A stretch of DNA of 64,000 nt from NCBI GenBank assembly GCA_032718475.1, contig JAUCBJ010004655.1:5988-69987 (forward strand), in the 5' to 3' direction. The stretch is from Nemertoderma westbladi (Eukaryota > Animalia > Xenacoelomorpha). Below the pieces are notes generated by a model. That model was not told the origin of the DNA and did not search any database. It saw only the letters and a program-made list of their open reading frames with translations. The translations under genes were made by a program, and so were the position numbers. Positions 61,231 through 64,000 of this stretch are shown piece by piece (position 1 is the first letter of the stretch; the number at the start of each line of letters is the position of its first letter).

Positions 61231-61772
61231 ATAACAACGTTGATAGTTTGGTTAGAAAATCCCACCCCGGTAACCTGCTTATTTCCCTCAATGGGTAGGT
61301 AAAAACAACGTTTGTTGTTTTGGTTACAAAAGCCCGCTGCTGTAACCTGCTCCTTTCCCTCAATTGGTAGGTAAAAACAACGTTTATTGTTTTGTTTAGA
61401 AAAGCCGCCTCCGTAACCTACTTCTTTCCTTCAATTGGTAGATAACAACAACGTTTATTGTTTAGGTTAGAAATGCCCGCTGCTGTGACTTACTCCTTTC
61501 CCTCAATTGAAATTAAAAACAACGTTTATTGTTTTGTTTAGAAAAGCCCGCCTCTGTAACCTACTCCTTTCCCTCGATTGGTATGTATCAACATCGTTTA
61601 TTATTTTAATTAGAAAATGCAGCCTCTGTAACCTACTCCTTTCCTTCAATTGGTAGATAATAACAACATTAATTGTTTTGGTTATAAAGCCCACTGCTGT
61701 AATCTGCTACTTTCCCTCAATTGGTAGGTAACAACAACGTTTAGTGTGCTGCCTCTGTAACATGCTCCTTTC
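61231..61772. repeat. Degenerate ~72-bp tandem repeat, ~7.5 copies
   Basis: AACAACGTTTATTGTTTTGGTTAGAAAAGCCCGCTGCTGTAACCTACTCCTTTCCCTCAATTGGTAG recurs at about 72-nt spacing. Confidence 0.85.
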
Positions 61773-61869
61773 AAAAATTCTTAGTATTTTAACGCAGCAC
61801 CCGAAAAATTAAAAAAAATTCGCAAATTTTGCACAAAAAATCTCAAAATTTGACCTAAATGGTCAATTC

Positions 61870-63600
61870 CATGGTGTCAGACGTTGGGGCAAACCCAAAT
61901 TTTCGGTTGTTTTTTACTATTTGTAGGAAGTTGTTAATTCAAGGTCAATCAGAGTAATGCTTATACTACCTCAAATTCGAAGCTCTATATGAGAACACAT
62001 AATGAGTCCACTGAAAACTACTGGAGTTCTAGAAATTAGAGTTTAAAAAGTGGGTGTCGGACGTTTGAGTTTTGGGACAGTAAATTTGGCTAAAAATCCA
62101 AACATTCGTTTAACAGTGCTGATGAGAGCTTTTGCAAATTTTGGCTAACCACAGTGATCAGCAACTATTTGGCTACCTATTATTAATCCAACCTTTGTAA
62201 TATCCTAAATCTAACATACAGTTTTTGTAGTTTGATTGGAATTGAAATGGTGTCGGACGTTTGGTGTTGGACGTTTGGATTTTCCCACTAAACCAGGTTC
62301 TTTTATTTGTACTTTGTTGATAATGAATGCGAGGGTTCATATTCGCTTTGTCTTAAACAACATCTCAGCTTTACGGGGGTAGAAAAATACAATAATTTCG
62401 TTCACAACTTTTCAAACTATGGCATATTTATTGTACTGTACATTTTTTTATCACTTATTTCTCGAAAACGTTTTATGTGGTGCTAAATGGTTAAATTATG
62501 GTTAACCACAATAATCTGCAACTATGTGGTTAACTAATATATATCAAACTTTTGTAATAACATCAATCTAACACACAGTTGTTGCAGTTTGATTGTAAAT
62601 TAAATGGTGTCGGACGTTTTGTGTCGGAATTTTGGTGTCGGACATTCCAATTAACAGACTTATGTACTAATGTGTTATGTACTAACTATTGTACTAATGT
62701 GGATAAATCAATGGAAGTGTCATCCCGTGCTGTTACCCCCCTCCCACCGTCGCACTTAACGATTCCCCCCCCCCCCCACCCCCATTCCTGTTACTCCCCC
62801 CCCCACCCCCAAACACATAAATATTTCAAAATGTTTCAATCTATATTATTGATAAGGAAAAACATATGCCTACTATTGTTTTTCTCTCCAAAACAATAAA
62901 CAGATGTTACCAATTTGGGGAAAAGAGCAAGTTATGGAGAGGGTAAAAATAAGCAATGATGTTATCAAATGAGGGAAATGAGTAATAATAAAATTATATA
63001 CATGGGCTAACAGGAATGGGGGGGGGGGGGGGGGGGGGGGGGTAACAGCACTTGAGTCTTGAGGGCGACAACATTTATAACAATGACCCATCTTGAAAGT
63101 AAAATCATTGGCCTACCGAAACAGGTAACAGGTAGCACCAGTCAAATAGTAATAGTGATGGTAATACCAACGACTATTCGACATGCTTATCGAACATAAA
63201 TAAATTGTTGTTCATTGCCGGTTACCCTATGGATTCAGTAAATTAGTTTGGTAGACCTTCAAAAGTGGGAATCTCGAAACGGTATGTACTACGGATCATG
63301 CCCTTTCCCCAGAACAAATTGGCTACTACTTGCTGGAATTAACTATTGTTTTATGACATTTTAACGCCGGGTAAAGCCATAATCATGTTTTACATCCAAT
63401 CACATTACAGTTACATTTTAGGTGTCTGGACGTTTGTAAAACAAAGGTGCATATTCTGGGCTTCTGTACATGCCTGTAGCCAAGAGGCTTTCAGTTCGGC
63501 ACTACAATAACTTCTACAAAACCAACTCTTTAATTTATGGACTATTTGATTGGCATGTAACTAGAAAGAAAATTGGAAAAAAAGTGTCGGACGTTTGTGA
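61870..63600. repeat. Region with dispersed GGTGTCGGACGTTT motifs, possibly subterminal repeats of a DNA transposon
   Basis: Motif at ~61873, 62053, 62249, 62606, 62635, 63421 and 63584; ~62140-62265 is imperfectly duplicated at ~62495-62625. Confidence 0.5.
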
Positions 63601-64000
63601 AATTTACAAGAGTTTATTTAACTCCAAATTTTCTTTACATGCAAGTATGCACTACCACTTTGTAATAGCTTAATTGATGCAGTAATAGATAACCTTGATA
63701 TTGGTACCGAAAACATCAAATTTATTCCGAGTACTTTAGAATTTATGACGGATCATAAACTGACTTAATTTTGAAGAATTATCTCAAAAAAAGAGGTAGT
63801 CTCTCATTCATTTTACTAAATCTGTACACTCGGCCCTAGTGATGACTTTTTAAATATAATATTCATAATCTATGAGAAAAATGGCACCAGAAAGTGTATT
63901 CAGTGATAACAAATTATGCATTTTATTTTTTAACCCTTTTGCCCGTTTCTTATGGAATTGACCAAATGTTATTAATTATTAGAATTCATCCACCTATTGA

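Noticed and set aside
59813-61363. Minus-strand 516-aa and 482-aa Pro/His/Ser-rich ORFs
   Set aside because: Translation of a low-complexity repeat, open in several frames, with no coding signature.

Overview
This is eukaryotic (metazoan, AT-rich, marine-invertebrate-like) genomic DNA, not prokaryotic. It holds the 3' part of one large + strand gene. I could trace 26 GT-AG exons from 918 to a stop at 56381, about 1,500 aa, with the N-terminus outside the window. The product is a secreted-type Cys-rich protein: VWD-C8-TIL-TILa, about 20 EGF/cbEGF repeats, 2 follistatin/Kazal, TSP1, follistatin/Kazal, and a C-terminal cystine knot. Exon phases chain correctly except for one +1 frameshift in exon 24. 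The introns are inflated by tandem arrays. The three largest (about 3.4, 7.5 and 12 kb) are amplified copies of the gene's own exon 3' end and 5' splice donor, which creates large numbers of decoy donor sites. Also present: RTE-like LINE copies, several MITEs with TIRs and TSDs, a tRNA-derived SINE, an intronic tRNA-Asp(GTC), and repeated TA-flanked micro-insertions (TACAGTA/TACTGTA, TAGGCCTA) that look like DNA-transposon excision footprints. Most long ORFs in the supplied track are artefacts of the tandem repeats.
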